Source: Paragordius varius (lineage: Eukaryota > Animalia > Nematomorpha). Taken from it: a stretch of DNA of 64,000 nucleotides. Both the position numbers and the translations under genes were made by a program. The DNA is taken from contig OZ176051.1 of the NCBI GenBank assembly GCA_964247055.1, positions 10,478,001 through 10,542,000 of the forward strand. The letters are read 5' to 3'. Every line of letters begins with the position of its first letter. Position 1 is the first letter of the stretch. A model generated the notes under the pieces. That model did not search any database, was not told the DNA's origin, and saw only the letters and a list, made by a program, of their open reading frames with translations. Of the stretch, positions 24,284-36,999 are shown piece by piece.

Positions 24284-27200
24284 TTATAGTTCATCATTTT
24301 GAGCTAGGCGCTTTTTCCGTTCTTCAAACTGCTGAACAAATTCGTCGTGATAATCATCGTTTTCTGGTTTAGTGTTGAAAGGTTTATAGTAATCGAAAAT
24401 AGCATCAGTATCATTATCAATTTTGGCTTTTTTGTTGGATAACATATCATCGGCTTTGGGGATTGGTGGTCGACCTGAATTAGTTTTTGACATTGTAGCC
24501 GAGTCTGTGGTTTTAAACGTTGTATCTCGGTAACTATTCTTATGCGTTGTGCTAGTATCTGGAACTATTGTAGAACCAGTCGTATAATAATGAGGCTCAT
24601 TAGATCTAACAGAGCCCGCCGCATACGACTCATCTACCACTTCTATTTCAACGTCCTCCTTGTCATTACTATCAATTTTATTGGGTAATGGCTTATCCTT
24701 ATGACTTTTGTCAGTATCCTTTTTAAAGCTTTCAGAATTGTCTACAGTTTTAACGGTAGAGACGTCTGGTGCAGGGATTGTGGTGAATGATTCATCATTT
24801 TTTGCTTCCATTTTAGTTTTATCACTTTTCTTCTTTTTCTTCTTTTTGTTTTTCGCCTTTTTCTTTTTCTTATTTTTGAGCGGTTTACTACTGTTGCGAA
24901 CTTTTATAGTGGCTCTCTTCATATCTTCAGCTGACATGTCATGTTCAATTTTCTCATCTAAAACCATGTTACTCATGTAACCCATAATTTTGTATTTGAA
25001 TCGATATTCATTGTATAAAGCGTCCAGTCTCTCTTTTTCCTCATCTGTAAGCCCATTCTAAAACATATCCATATAAATATAGAAATTAAATATTTTGTTA
25101 TATATCATTTATAATTTTTATACAGCGGCCCCTTCCCCCATTATTTCCCCGATTGTGGGAAGTGCATGGCTCAATATCCGAACCATTAGTTTAATATATA
25201 TTTTAATATTAAGTAATAAAAATCATAAATTTATTTTTAAGTAGAGAAATAAAAAAAATTATTTAATTTTCTTTTTTGGCTTATTTCAAAACACAACAAA
25301 CTATAAATAGTAATTTATTATAGATTTAACCTAAATACTAAGGCCTTTTAAAATAGTCCATGATGATCGGGTTAAAATTTAACGCTATTTATTTTATAAC
25401 AAAATACAGCGGGTCCCACGTTCCATTTCAATTTTTTAAAACAGGCGCGGTTTTATTAAGATATTACAATTTTAAAATTATGTTTGTTGCCAAGGAGGGC
25501 AGTATAACTTCCTATTTTACAAATTTGCCTTGCTGACTCATTTCGGTTTTTCCATAACGTGCTTTTAATTAGGTATTTGTTAGTGATTGTGTTGTGTATT
25601 CACTTCAAATGTTCATACTGCTTTGGTACCACCAGCACAATGCATGGTTTTTAGCCGAAGCGATTTGGCATTGGTCCTGAGAGACCGGTTTGCAAAGGTG
25701 AGTTTTATTTAAAATATAAAGCCATTTCTTATCACCCTGTTCTAAATCAATGAAATTTTTTCCTTGACTGCAGAACATTAGTCACTTAGCGAATGATTTG
25801 ACGTCCATTCAAATGTAGAACAATTTACTTAGTTTTTTGGATTTTTTCATGACTTGTATACAATTTTTGATTGTTTTTTGTGATACATGTATTGCTTCTG
25901 CCGATTGCCGTTAGTTTCAGTTGCATAATCATTCAATAAATCCTGCATTTAAGCGTTTTTGCAATTGTGTCAGAGCGCGCACGCCTTTTCACATGAAATT
26001 ACAACTTTTGATATTCGAAACCATATTTTACTACAGTATTAATGAATAGAGTATGTTAACCACATATGCTAATTAAACGATTACTTTCAACAACCTTATT
26101 CTTCTGATGGCTCTGGTACTGCAAATGTTTTTTTTTTCATGCACAAAATTTGTCCTGATTACTGAATAACACTAGTTTTTGGTTTAAATATGAATGTTTG
26201 TAGTTTATTGTTAGATGAATAAAATGGGATTTACATCATACTCTCTCTGACGTTATCTCTTAGTTACACCCCATAAAAATTTAAAAATGCGCCTGATATA
26301 TCCAATTATGAATACAAAATAAATAAATATATTGCAATGCAAATATTCAAAAATCGAATTAATAAGTTAAGTAACCAAATTTAACCAAATTATCATTGCA
26401 TTCATTTGGGTCAGTCGTGTTCTTGGCAACTGCTCTTGATGCGTCTCTTCCCGCCATATGAAACATTGGTCCTCCCGGACTAAAATGCTCTATTTGTATA
26501 AAAAATGTGCGTAAATTCATTCCAAATTAATTATTACTTTTTATATATATAATAATTTTGTATTTTGAATAAATAAATCAACATACGTCGCTATAATAAA
26601 AATTCATTTAATTTTTTTATTACCGTAGTCGGATGTCACATCGAATACTACTCCACGGATGGATATATACACCGGTTCGTTGAGCTATATTTATGTAATA
26701 AAAATGAATATTCGAGAATTTTTGGAAAATAAATAACAAGGGACTAATTGTTACTAAATAGTGTTTTTTAGCTAAAATTACATTAAGATGGTGATATTTT
26801 TAAATGTAATATAGTCAAGAATCACACTGCTTAGAAAAAATAATCGTGTAAACTATTAGGATATATACAATTTACAAATTGTTAGTTTCAAATAATAAAT
26901 ATCGGTTTTTAGTTTAACGAAATATACATAATTAATCTTAATTTTTAAATACTGCGCAAAATAGAGATTTTTTCGATTTTGACTGATAGAAACACATAAT
27001 CTTTCTCACTAAGCACTAAACATTTATCATTATAATTATAGAATTAAAATGCCACCCACAATGCTATTAAAATTTAAACATCAAAAGTTTAATTATCTAA
27101 TTAATATATAAACCTACATTCGAGCCATCGAATCGTGCCAAAAAGGGTTCGGTAAATATCATGGTAGGTTGATTATCACTCGATGGTTCCATGTGAATTT

Positions 27201-27369
27201 TTTGAAATTCATAACTGGATATTTGTAGGGGTAATCTCTGTACTAAAATAATTAAGGTTGTTAATATGGGCAAAAGAACAATAGCGTGATGTATGAATTG
27301 AGCAAATCGAATAAGAATGGTAAAAATATTATTTAACAACAAATTGCAGATATATTTTTTGTAAATCAT
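24284..27369 (-). CDS. MAPR-family (neudesin/PGRMC-like) cytochrome b5-like haem/steroid-binding protein, 396 aa, with Lys-rich C-terminal extension
   Basis: Exons 27369-27118, 26684-26624, 26489-26386, 25057-24284; phases 0,1,0; 1191 nt. Domain reads IFTEPFLARFDGSN-LNEPVYISIRGVVFDVTSDYEHFSPGGPMFHMAGRDASRAVAK..NGLTDEEKERL..FKYKIMG. An N-terminal hydrophobic stretch is present. The start codon is less certain. Confidence 0.85.
25500..25990 (-). mobile_element. Degenerate mariner transposase fragment in MAPR intron 3
   Basis: Frameshifted minus-strand motifs: IAEAIHVSQKTI, GDKKW (mariner TGDEKW) and PNRFG*K.MHC(V)WWYQS, matching Mos1-type PNRFGKKTMLCVWWDQS. Confidence 0.75.
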
Positions 27370-27565
27370 TAGGAATTATAGTATTCCATAAATTTTTCAC
27401 AAGAAAAATAGGTAAGCGAGAAAAGTTAATAATAAACTTTTTCTTCCGTTATTTCACGATAAATTAAATAATTTAATTTTTTTGATTATTCAATATTTAA
27501 TCATGATAATGTTAAAGATACTTTATAATACGGAAATAAAATTGTTATAAAAAATAATGTACAAT

Positions 27566-27603
<38 letters not shown>

Positions 27604-28140
27604 GAATATAACAATTACAGTAAAATTAGGTCGCGAAAGAAATGTCTCAACAAGAATTTTTTTTAAAATAAGAATAAAGCATAGAAAAGCATGATTATAA
27701 GCTAATATAATGTTTTAATAAATTACAGCTTTAGGGGTTTCTCTTGATAAAGTTTTTAATCATACTATAATAATTATGTTAAAAATATATGTAAATATAA
27801 AGTTCGAATCAAAACAACTTTTGCTTTTTTAGATTTAAAGCATACATATTTAGATGCGTTGAACTATTTGTACCTTTTCAAAATGTTATTAATATATTAT
27901 CACTGTGTGCAAAAAAGAGGGTTAATTTTTTGTGATAAAAATTTTTTTTATGAGACTTCCAGCGAATTCATTTGACGCAAAATTATTATTTGTTGGCAAC
28001 CTAATTTTTGAAATATTGATAGAAATTCGAAATCGGGCAAAAAGTGAAAATTAAGGATAATTAAAGATAATTTAAAAAATAATAATAAAATTTGAGGTAT
28101 TATGGTTTAATATTATTTTAGAATATATTTTGTATATATA

Positions 28141-28613
28141 GTCTTGACATTCATATTTTATTCAGTAAAAAAACTTATATATCAAAATAAAACCAAAAAT
28201 ATTGTTTTTTATTTTTGCATTTTTTTGTCATCTGGTTTATGAGTGTATAAAAAATTTATACTGTTTAATTTTAGATTCTTACAGGAGTGGGAATTTTATA
28301 TAATTTGTGCAAAAAAGGATTTAAAAGTAATGGAATATCACCCAACAATCCTTACGAATCCTGTAACAACTCTGTTTTATGACAAATTAATATTTTTATT
28401 GGGATATGTACGGATTGTTGGTTGATAATCAACTACATTTAAATTTTTTGCAAATTATATACTTTTTCGCACTCTTGTAAGATTCCAAAATAAAACAGTA
28501 TAAATTTTATATACACTCATAAACCAGGTGACAAAATACAAAAATAAATAACAATATTTTTTGGTTTTATTTTGATATATAAGTGTTTTTATTGAATACA
28601 TGAATGTTAAGAT
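28141..28613. repeat. Foldback/palindromic MITE (~225-bp arms, ~35-bp spacer)
   Basis: 28141-28365 is an imperfect reverse complement of 28400-28613 (e.g. CTGGTTTATGAGTGTATA / TATACACTCATAAACCAG). Confidence 0.8.
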
Positions 28614-28689
28614 TTTAATAGTGAGTTTAGGTAGTGAATAATTAAAAAAGTCCTCTTAAAATAAACGAAATAAGAACAATTTTTTAATA

Positions 28690-29444
28690 TCTGCTAAATA
28701 TTGATATCAACTAAAAAATATTTTTATGGCAATATTTGAAGCTTATTTCATACTATTTTAAGTCATGATGGAAACGGTTTAAAAACGCTTTTAGATTTAC
28801 AAACACTTTTTCTTTATAGCTGAACTATCGCTTCAAAATGTTCTTTTGACTAAAAATTTTGGTTCATTTTATAAAAAAACACAATTTTTATTTATTATAT
28901 TAAAGAATGCATATTTTAATAGAAATTCGTAAGTGATAGAAATGTTTAGCAACCATCAATTATGGAAAAGTGTTTTTAAGTCTTAAAGCGTTTTTAACCG
29001 TTTTCATCATGATGCCTTAAAATAGATTGATGTACGCTTGAACAAATTTCGCTAAAAATTTATTTTGAAAAATCATGCATTTTATAAAAATATTGACATC
29101 AAAATTTAGCATATATATCAAGTTTAGTTCGCGCAATCCGGCATTTTTGCGTTTTTTAAAGAGGACTAACCCATTTGAGAAGAGCAAAAAATTTGAAACA
29201 TTCGTAACGCACATCTAAAAATGGTTTTGAAAATATTGTTTTCATTTTTATAATTGGTTATGTATTTTAAGGACATTTTTTGTAATGAGCCTCTAGATTT
29301 CACCTAAAAAATATACTCACCACAAAAGCGTAAATAACTTTCTTAAAATCACCGTAAGGGTCAAAACCAAAAGCACTAAAATAACCCTAATACATTTTTC
29401 TTTACAATATATATATTTTATCAGGTTATTTTAAGGACGCTGTG
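28690..29444. mobile_element. Partial copy of the Tc1/mariner-type MITE family (truncated left arm plus full right arm)
   Basis: Similar to 17599-18916; ends TCAGGTTATTTTAAGGACGCTGTG|TA at 29444. Confidence 0.7.
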
Positions 29445-29942
29445 TAATGCTTAAGATTTCCATCATCTCAGCGATTAAATAATAGTTTGTTATGAAATCA
29501 GAGATAAATGCTACAGTTTTAATCAGATCTGATAACGTATTTAATAATAGAGGTTGTGGTGTCTATCATACTTTACACTTAAATACGGACCAATAAATTT
29601 TCCCAAATAATTTAAAGCGATATCCCAAAAATTTATGTTATAACTTAAAAAGATAACAAAAAAAGTTATCTCACAAACTTAGATTATTTTCGTTCACAAA
29701 ATCCTTGAAAAATTTAGCATCAAAATATATGAAAGATACACAAAAAAAATTTCATTCAAATAATATTAACACCTTATTAGGTTATGATATATTTTAAAAG
29801 AATTTAAATTAGAGCCTCTCCCAAATTTTAATATTTTTAAGTACGCTAATTAGCATTATTTTATCTGTAACTAAATAATTTTAGTAACGCCCAAAATCAA
29901 AATATTATATCAATTAATTATCATTAAGATATTAGGATACAA

Positions 29943-30498
29943 CACACTCATTTCGATTCAAATTGGGGTAGTTGTATACCCCAGGCTTGTTTAAAATCAA
30001 ATACTCTAAAAAGTATGGAAGGAATCGAAACCATGGCAAAATTTTGCACTTATATAACATAAATAAACCTAAATTTAAAAAAAAAATTATTCAAAAATAT
30101 TTGATATTAAATATTTTAAGCTAAAACCTAAAGGTAAAAATTTCGTCAACGTGACATGTGTCAAATGGTAAAATTAAAAAATAATACAAAATAAACCGCT
30201 TTTTCTATTTTTATCAATGTAAGATGTAATTTATATTAAAATTTATCTTTAGTTTTAACCTTAAAATTAAATGAAGACGATATTTTCCAAAAATTTTTTA
30301 AAATAAAAATGGCGTCTAGTAGTTTGAGATGGAACATTTTTTTTCAAAACAAAACTTTATCAAGATATTTTGGCATATTTATATAATTTTTATCAGGATA
30401 GTAAATTTAAATTGGGACCGTTTCCTACAGTATTTTTTAAAAAATCCCAATTTAAATTTAGTCTGGGGTATTTAGATACCCCAATTTGAATCGAAGTG
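29943..30498. mobile_element. Probable piggyBac-type MITE
   Basis: Inverted termini TTCGATTCAAATTGGGGTA..TACCCCAG at both ends. Right end GAAGTG|TTAA; left end degenerate. Confidence 0.45.
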
Positions 30499-30707
30499 TT
30501 AATCATCAGTATGATACCTTTTTCGACATATGTATATTTTTCGGTGGAACTCCTAATTTTTTAAATATTTATAAATAGAAATAACCAACTTATCTTTGGC
30601 ATTTGAAAAAATTTTGCTGAACCATATTATAAATTTAACATTTACCCCATAATCTAATAGCTCGCGATCATTTTAACATGTGTTAATTTTAATAAAATTA
30701 GAAACTA

Positions 30708-33700
30708 ATGGTAGTTTCTACGGAAGACGAAAATCAGGATGATCTAGAAGCTGAAACTTATAAAAACACCGCAAAATCAGAATATAATTTAGATAAACAA
30801 CTACCCCTTTTAAGAGGTTAGATAATATTTTACGATTAGATGTTGTCGACAGCGGCGAAAAGAATAAATTATTGGAATTAAAACTTTGTCAGTGCTCTAA
30901 AATGTATGATTTTGTTCAAGATCCCCTAAGTGATATCAAGGGAAAAGAAATTAAACGCATGGCTCTCAACGAATTGATAGATTTTACTATGGATGAAGGC
31001 TTAATACCTACTTTTCTATACTCAAACCTGGTTGAAATGGTAAAATTTATTTTTAAATACTTTATAGTTTAAGGTTAATGCTTATCGTACTTTACCACCA
31101 TCATCAAACATACATGGCGTCGAATTTGATCCTGATGAAGATGAACCAACATTGGAACCGAGTTGGCCTCATTTACAGGTTTTTTGCAAATCTATAGATA
31201 TGATATTTTATTATTTAATTATAGTAATTTGTTAATACACTTTAATAATTTAAACTGATTATATATCTTTAAACAAAAAAACTATATATACGGATACATA
31301 TTTTGTAACTTTTTTTGTTATTACGCAACCTTTTTAATTTACAAAAGGTAGTGAATATATACGACCTTGATGCTCTGCACGCTAAAACAATAACTAAAGA
31401 TAAAAAATTTTTATATTAGTATTTTTATTAATGATCTTTACGAATTATGTACTAAAATGATTTCCTGATCACAAAGACTCTATATTAATAAAATAATTTT
31501 CTAACAGCTTGTATATGAACTTATGTTGCGGTTTGTGGAATCTACAGATTTTCAAGTCCACTCTGCAAAAGCATATATTGACCAGCCCTTTATAATCAAG
31601 GTTAGTTTTAAAATATTAATATTGATACAATTACATTTAAAATCTTTTTTAGCCGTAAATTTTCCGAAAAATTCTTGATTATGGTGATGGAATACATAAT
31701 ACCATATGAATTATTTAAAATTTTTATTGGTGCACATTTTTATCCTTTAACTAGAAAGTGTTTAAAAAATTTAATACACCTAAAACTTTTTTTAATCCTT
31801 TATGGAATCAGTTATTGGCCTTGTTTGATAGCGAAGATCCCAGAGAAAGGGATTATCTAAAAACGCTATTACACCGTCTTTATGGCAAATTCCTAAATCT
31901 CCGATCATTCATACGTTCGCATATAAATAACATCTTTTTCAGGTAATTTTAATGATATACCTTTTGTTTTAATATGTTTTTTTTATTTAAAAAGTATCTA
32001 AAATATATCGATAAAACATTGTGGTAAAATATTTTAACACTAACATATTGAGGTGATCATTTTGATAAAACATATTAAAACATCTCAAAAAGCTTCAGTA
32101 TCAATTGTTTTCTTACCAATTTTAACATTAAAGTAATATTCAATCAAGGATTATATAATAATTTAAACATAAAATATTAATACTTCCTAAAAAAAGTAAG
32201 TAAGTTGATGATGTTATAAGATTGATTGATGTTCTATCTATTTAATTATATATAGTAAATTAGTTTATTTCACATGATTTACACGTATACAATGTTATTA
32301 ATTATAACTGTAATCTTTTTAATCAAACTGGGTTAACATTTTGACATGCTTTATGTTATTCATTGTGCATTTATCATGTATTGCATATATATAATATAAA
32401 TTTTATAATTCTATTTTTATAATCGATTATAAAAATTTTTGTATAATTAAATATCAATTTATTTATATACCGCTATAACATATTTTTTGCAAAATCATTT
32501 ATACAACCACACTTAAATTAAATACAATAATTAATTAACATATCAATTATTTCTTATTATTAAATTATTATTTTAACAAAAATGTGATTGATTTTTTTGT
32601 ATAATTTTCTGTTTCTTTAAAAATATAATTTGTTTTTCCTCCAGTTAATTTTAAATGACGATCTCATAATTTACCCTTTTAATGTGCTCTCGGCTATTTT
32701 TGGGTTTTTTCGATAACTTTAAAATGTTGCAATATTTAAAATGGACCTATTTATATTACTTAACTATTTTTAATTTATTTTATTGAGTAACTGCTATATA
32801 TTTGCTCCAATTTATAATGTAAATTCATAAAAATGTTAATTGTTTGAAGAAATATCCGATTTTAATGTTTAACAAATTAAGTGGGTTAGGCATTTTAATA
32901 TTTTTTGTATTAAACATTTATAATAAATTTTTGTGATATTACAGCCGAAACCTTGTTTGGATTTCGGTTATTCAAACATTTGATTTGTGGTCCCGTAGTT
33001 GTTTAAATGATTCAAATTCGGTTTTTTTTAATTTACAGAATGTCAATGAATGTAATGAATATATAAATAACGTAATTAATTAACTTAGATATAAATCTAA
33101 TTATTTGAATATATTTCAAATAATATAGGAAACGATACTTAAAAAGTATAACTGCATTAATTGTAAAAAAATTGCATTGGCATCAGTGATCGAATAGTCG
33201 CTACAATTAATAGCATCCGTTAATGTCTATAATTTTTTTATACAAATTGTCAATTAGATCTTATATGTGAATGTTTATTAGTTGTTGTAAATTACTAATG
33301 ATTTGATATTGGTAAATTTCTTGCCAATATATCTTTGGAAATTAATTTATATTTAATTGTTATTGTCTTTACAATTGCCTAGATTACAAAATGCTATAGA
33401 GCTTGTTCTAACCTCTTAAAATATTATCGACCGTTTATAATTGTATTATAATTATAGTTACTACATGTATATATCATAACTTATTACCATTTAAATTAAC
33501 CCACTGATTTTTTATACTTAAACTTTTAACAATTTTACTAATAGTATGCATTTTAATAGTTGCTTATTTTACACTCTGAGTTGAATTTGCAACTAAAAAA
33601 AGCATGCTGAAATTTTGTGAAAATTTATAAATAATTGCATAGCATTTCTCACAGAGAGTAAATATTTTGCCTCTGCTTTCTTTATTTAACACATCAATCG

Positions 33701-36700
33701 AATAAATAGGAATATCAGATTGACTGCTTTAGTTACAAAGCATTATATATTTTAAAATCAATCTTTCCCAATTCTTTTAGTTATATCTATGTAAATTAAA
33801 TTCCCACAAATTTAACCAAAATCCTGTTTTATATGTGCTTTTTATTAATTAACATTTGAATAATTGAATTTATGGAATGTAATAAATCCATTTCAAAAAA
33901 AGAAAAAGTTTGCCCCTATACGACATTAATGTGTCCCCATAATTTTTAAAAAATCATCCAAAATGACACTTGATTTATTTCACGGCTTAGATTGAAGGCA
34001 AAAATTTAGACAGCATTAAATGAGTGCATAAGGTAAAATATGGTTATTGGTAATTTAACCGCCCTCTTTTATTCTAATTATTGCTAAAAGGTTTATTCAT
34101 TTAGTCCTATTTAAATCATAACCCCCCTTCCCCATCTTAAAAATAATTTATTGGAATAATGATTTTGTAATAGGTTAATATATGCCGCATCCAAATATTT
34201 TTTACTTTTATATAAATTATTTAGAAGCATACAGATCGGGACTGCCCGCTTCTATTAGTTTAAGAATAATGTAATTTAACTTAGCCTGGGGTATTAGTTA
34301 CCCGATAATAAAAAAAGCGGTTAGGCTCTCTTCATTGATGCCTTTTGAAAAAATATGGATATAGATTATTGAGCTGGAATATCTAAGAAAAACTTGTTGA
34401 GGAAAATGGATTTTAATCATAAATATATATAGCTTAAATGAGCTGTGGCACGTGTTATTGTTAATTTTATTTAATTCTATTTTTTCCATTCATTTTTTTA
34501 TATTTTGATAAAAAATATCATTTTAGTTTCATTTATGAGGAGGAATCACACAATGGTATAGCAGAATTGTTGGAGGTTATGGGCAGGTAAATATACTTTT
34601 TATATTTTTTGAATTATTTTGGATTTTTCCTAATATTATAACAATTATAAAATTAAATCTAAACAAATACCTACCGTTTAAATATTTTTGCCAAATATTT
34701 TACACCTTTATGTTGAATATCACATCTTAGCAACCTTTCATCATATATATTATATTGTAATTTATGAAAATTAACAATTAAAAAAATTCAAAATTTACCT
34801 ATTTCAAAATATTTGATCAATTTTTAATTCAACGATTTGTAATTGACATAAAACCTAGAAATTATATGTGTCAGCAAGTTATAAAGCATAATACCGAAAA
34901 GGGTATATTTTTTCAATCATTATTTTATGCTCTGGGCTAGCTAGTTTTGAACCATTCATAAGTTAACTTTGAACAATCTAAATGGGTATTATTGGTTTGG
35001 CTCAGATACTGGGATTCCATGGATTAATTTACGATATATATCTCTATCTTTTGTTGCGTTGCAAGGTATGTTTAGGGATTTAAAATCTTGTTCTATGATT
35101 TGAGTCTAAATTGTTTTAGGCCACTCTTTTCGGTTGGGGGCGGGGATATCTAAAACAAGAATTTCTTTGACAGATGAGTCTATACTAGATCTGTTTATGC
35201 TGATAAAAGCTGTTTTGGTTTTAGAGATCGTTTATGGTAGTTATTTTCATATGTTTTAGCATTCTGTCTTGTGTTCGTTTCAGTCTTGATTCTAATGCTT
35301 TTGTGATGGCTTAAATGCATAAGTAAAATGATAAATTACATTTTTCCAACTTATGCAAATTTTGTGAATATACTTTATATGTTACACGAACTTATAATAG
35401 TATTATAAATGGATTTGCCCTACCCCTCAAACCGGAACATAAGCAATTTTTAATTCGTGTCCTCTTGCCCCTTCATAAAGCCAAAAGTTTGTGCTTTTAT
35501 CATCCACAACTTGCTTACTGCATAGTTCAATTTTTGGAAAAAGATTCAAATTTAACTCAACAGGTGAGATTTCTGATTATGAAACTTTTTTTGTATCATA
35601 TATTTCAAATGGATAATATGCAATTCATTTTGCAATATTTACTATATACCATTTTTACATCAATGAGTATTTTGGTGAAAATTTAGTGATCCAGAATATA
35701 AATTTGGCAGACGTATAAATCTCTAATTATTACAAAAAAAATATTTATTAATAGAATTTATATTTCGATCATATTAGTATGATCTTGATCACAGTGGTGA
35801 GAATGAAATTGAACTGATATATACCAGTAAAAATTTAAAGTAATAATTGAAAATTATTGGAAATAAGTAGTACATATAAATAAGTGGATTTAGTGGATTT
35901 TTATAAGTTGTAAGTAGTATAATAAAGTGTGTTGTTATCGTGCTAATAAAACATGAGTCCAGTTGAGGATAGATTGAATCCATCAGCTCTGTTAAGTAGA
36001 GCATTAATTTATTGCTTCTAAAATTAATCTTTTAAAAGGGTTGTCGATATGGTGTAACACTTCTGTTTTAATTATATGTTGATCTTCGTTGCAGACGTGT
36101 ACTGCTAAGTCAGAGTTAAATTTGTTTTCCTGGCTATTTGCTCTTGCAATGAAGTTTTATAGGCGGGACAAACATCCATCAATATTAGATTGAAAGAACA
36201 TCAACAGTATATCAAACAATAAATCTATTTCTGGCTTAGTAGAACACGTCTGCAACGAAGGTCACTAAATAATTAAAACAAAAGTCTTACACAATATTGA
36301 CAAGCCTTTTAAAAGATTTATTCTGGAAATAGAAATAAAAAAGTCCTCTACTTAATACAGCTGATGGATGCAACCTATCCTACTGGATTCATGTTTTATT
36401 AGCACAATAACAAAATAATCATTATCTATTATGATTACTGAATATAATGATTACAACTTATAAAAATCCATTATATTCACTTATTTATGTGAACTAGTTT
36501 TTTCCACAATTTTTTAGTTACCCTTTAAATTTCTGGTATATATAGTAGTTATTCATTTTCACCTGCTAAGATTATATTAATATGATAAAAAATATAAGTT
36601 GTTTTATTAACATTTGTTAATAATAAAAATTCAAATGTTTGCCAAATTTATTTTAGTCTTTGGGTAAATTTAAATTTCTGCTAAGGTTCAAGGATACATG

Positions 36701-36950
36701 AAATTATAACAAAATTATGTTGATTATTTATTAATGTGCTTTAAATTAAATTTTTTAAAATTAGGGTTGATTAGTAATATTATGTAAAACATAAAAATTA
36801 CATAATGCACACATTATTATGCTTAATCGGACTTTATATTTTGCATATCTTAAATTAGACTTAAAACAACTTTTATTAATTGTTTTATTTTTTCATCCCA
36901 GGTTGTTAATGGATTACTTAAATTTTGGCCGAAAATGCATTCTCCAAAGG

Positions 36951-36999
<49 letters not shown>

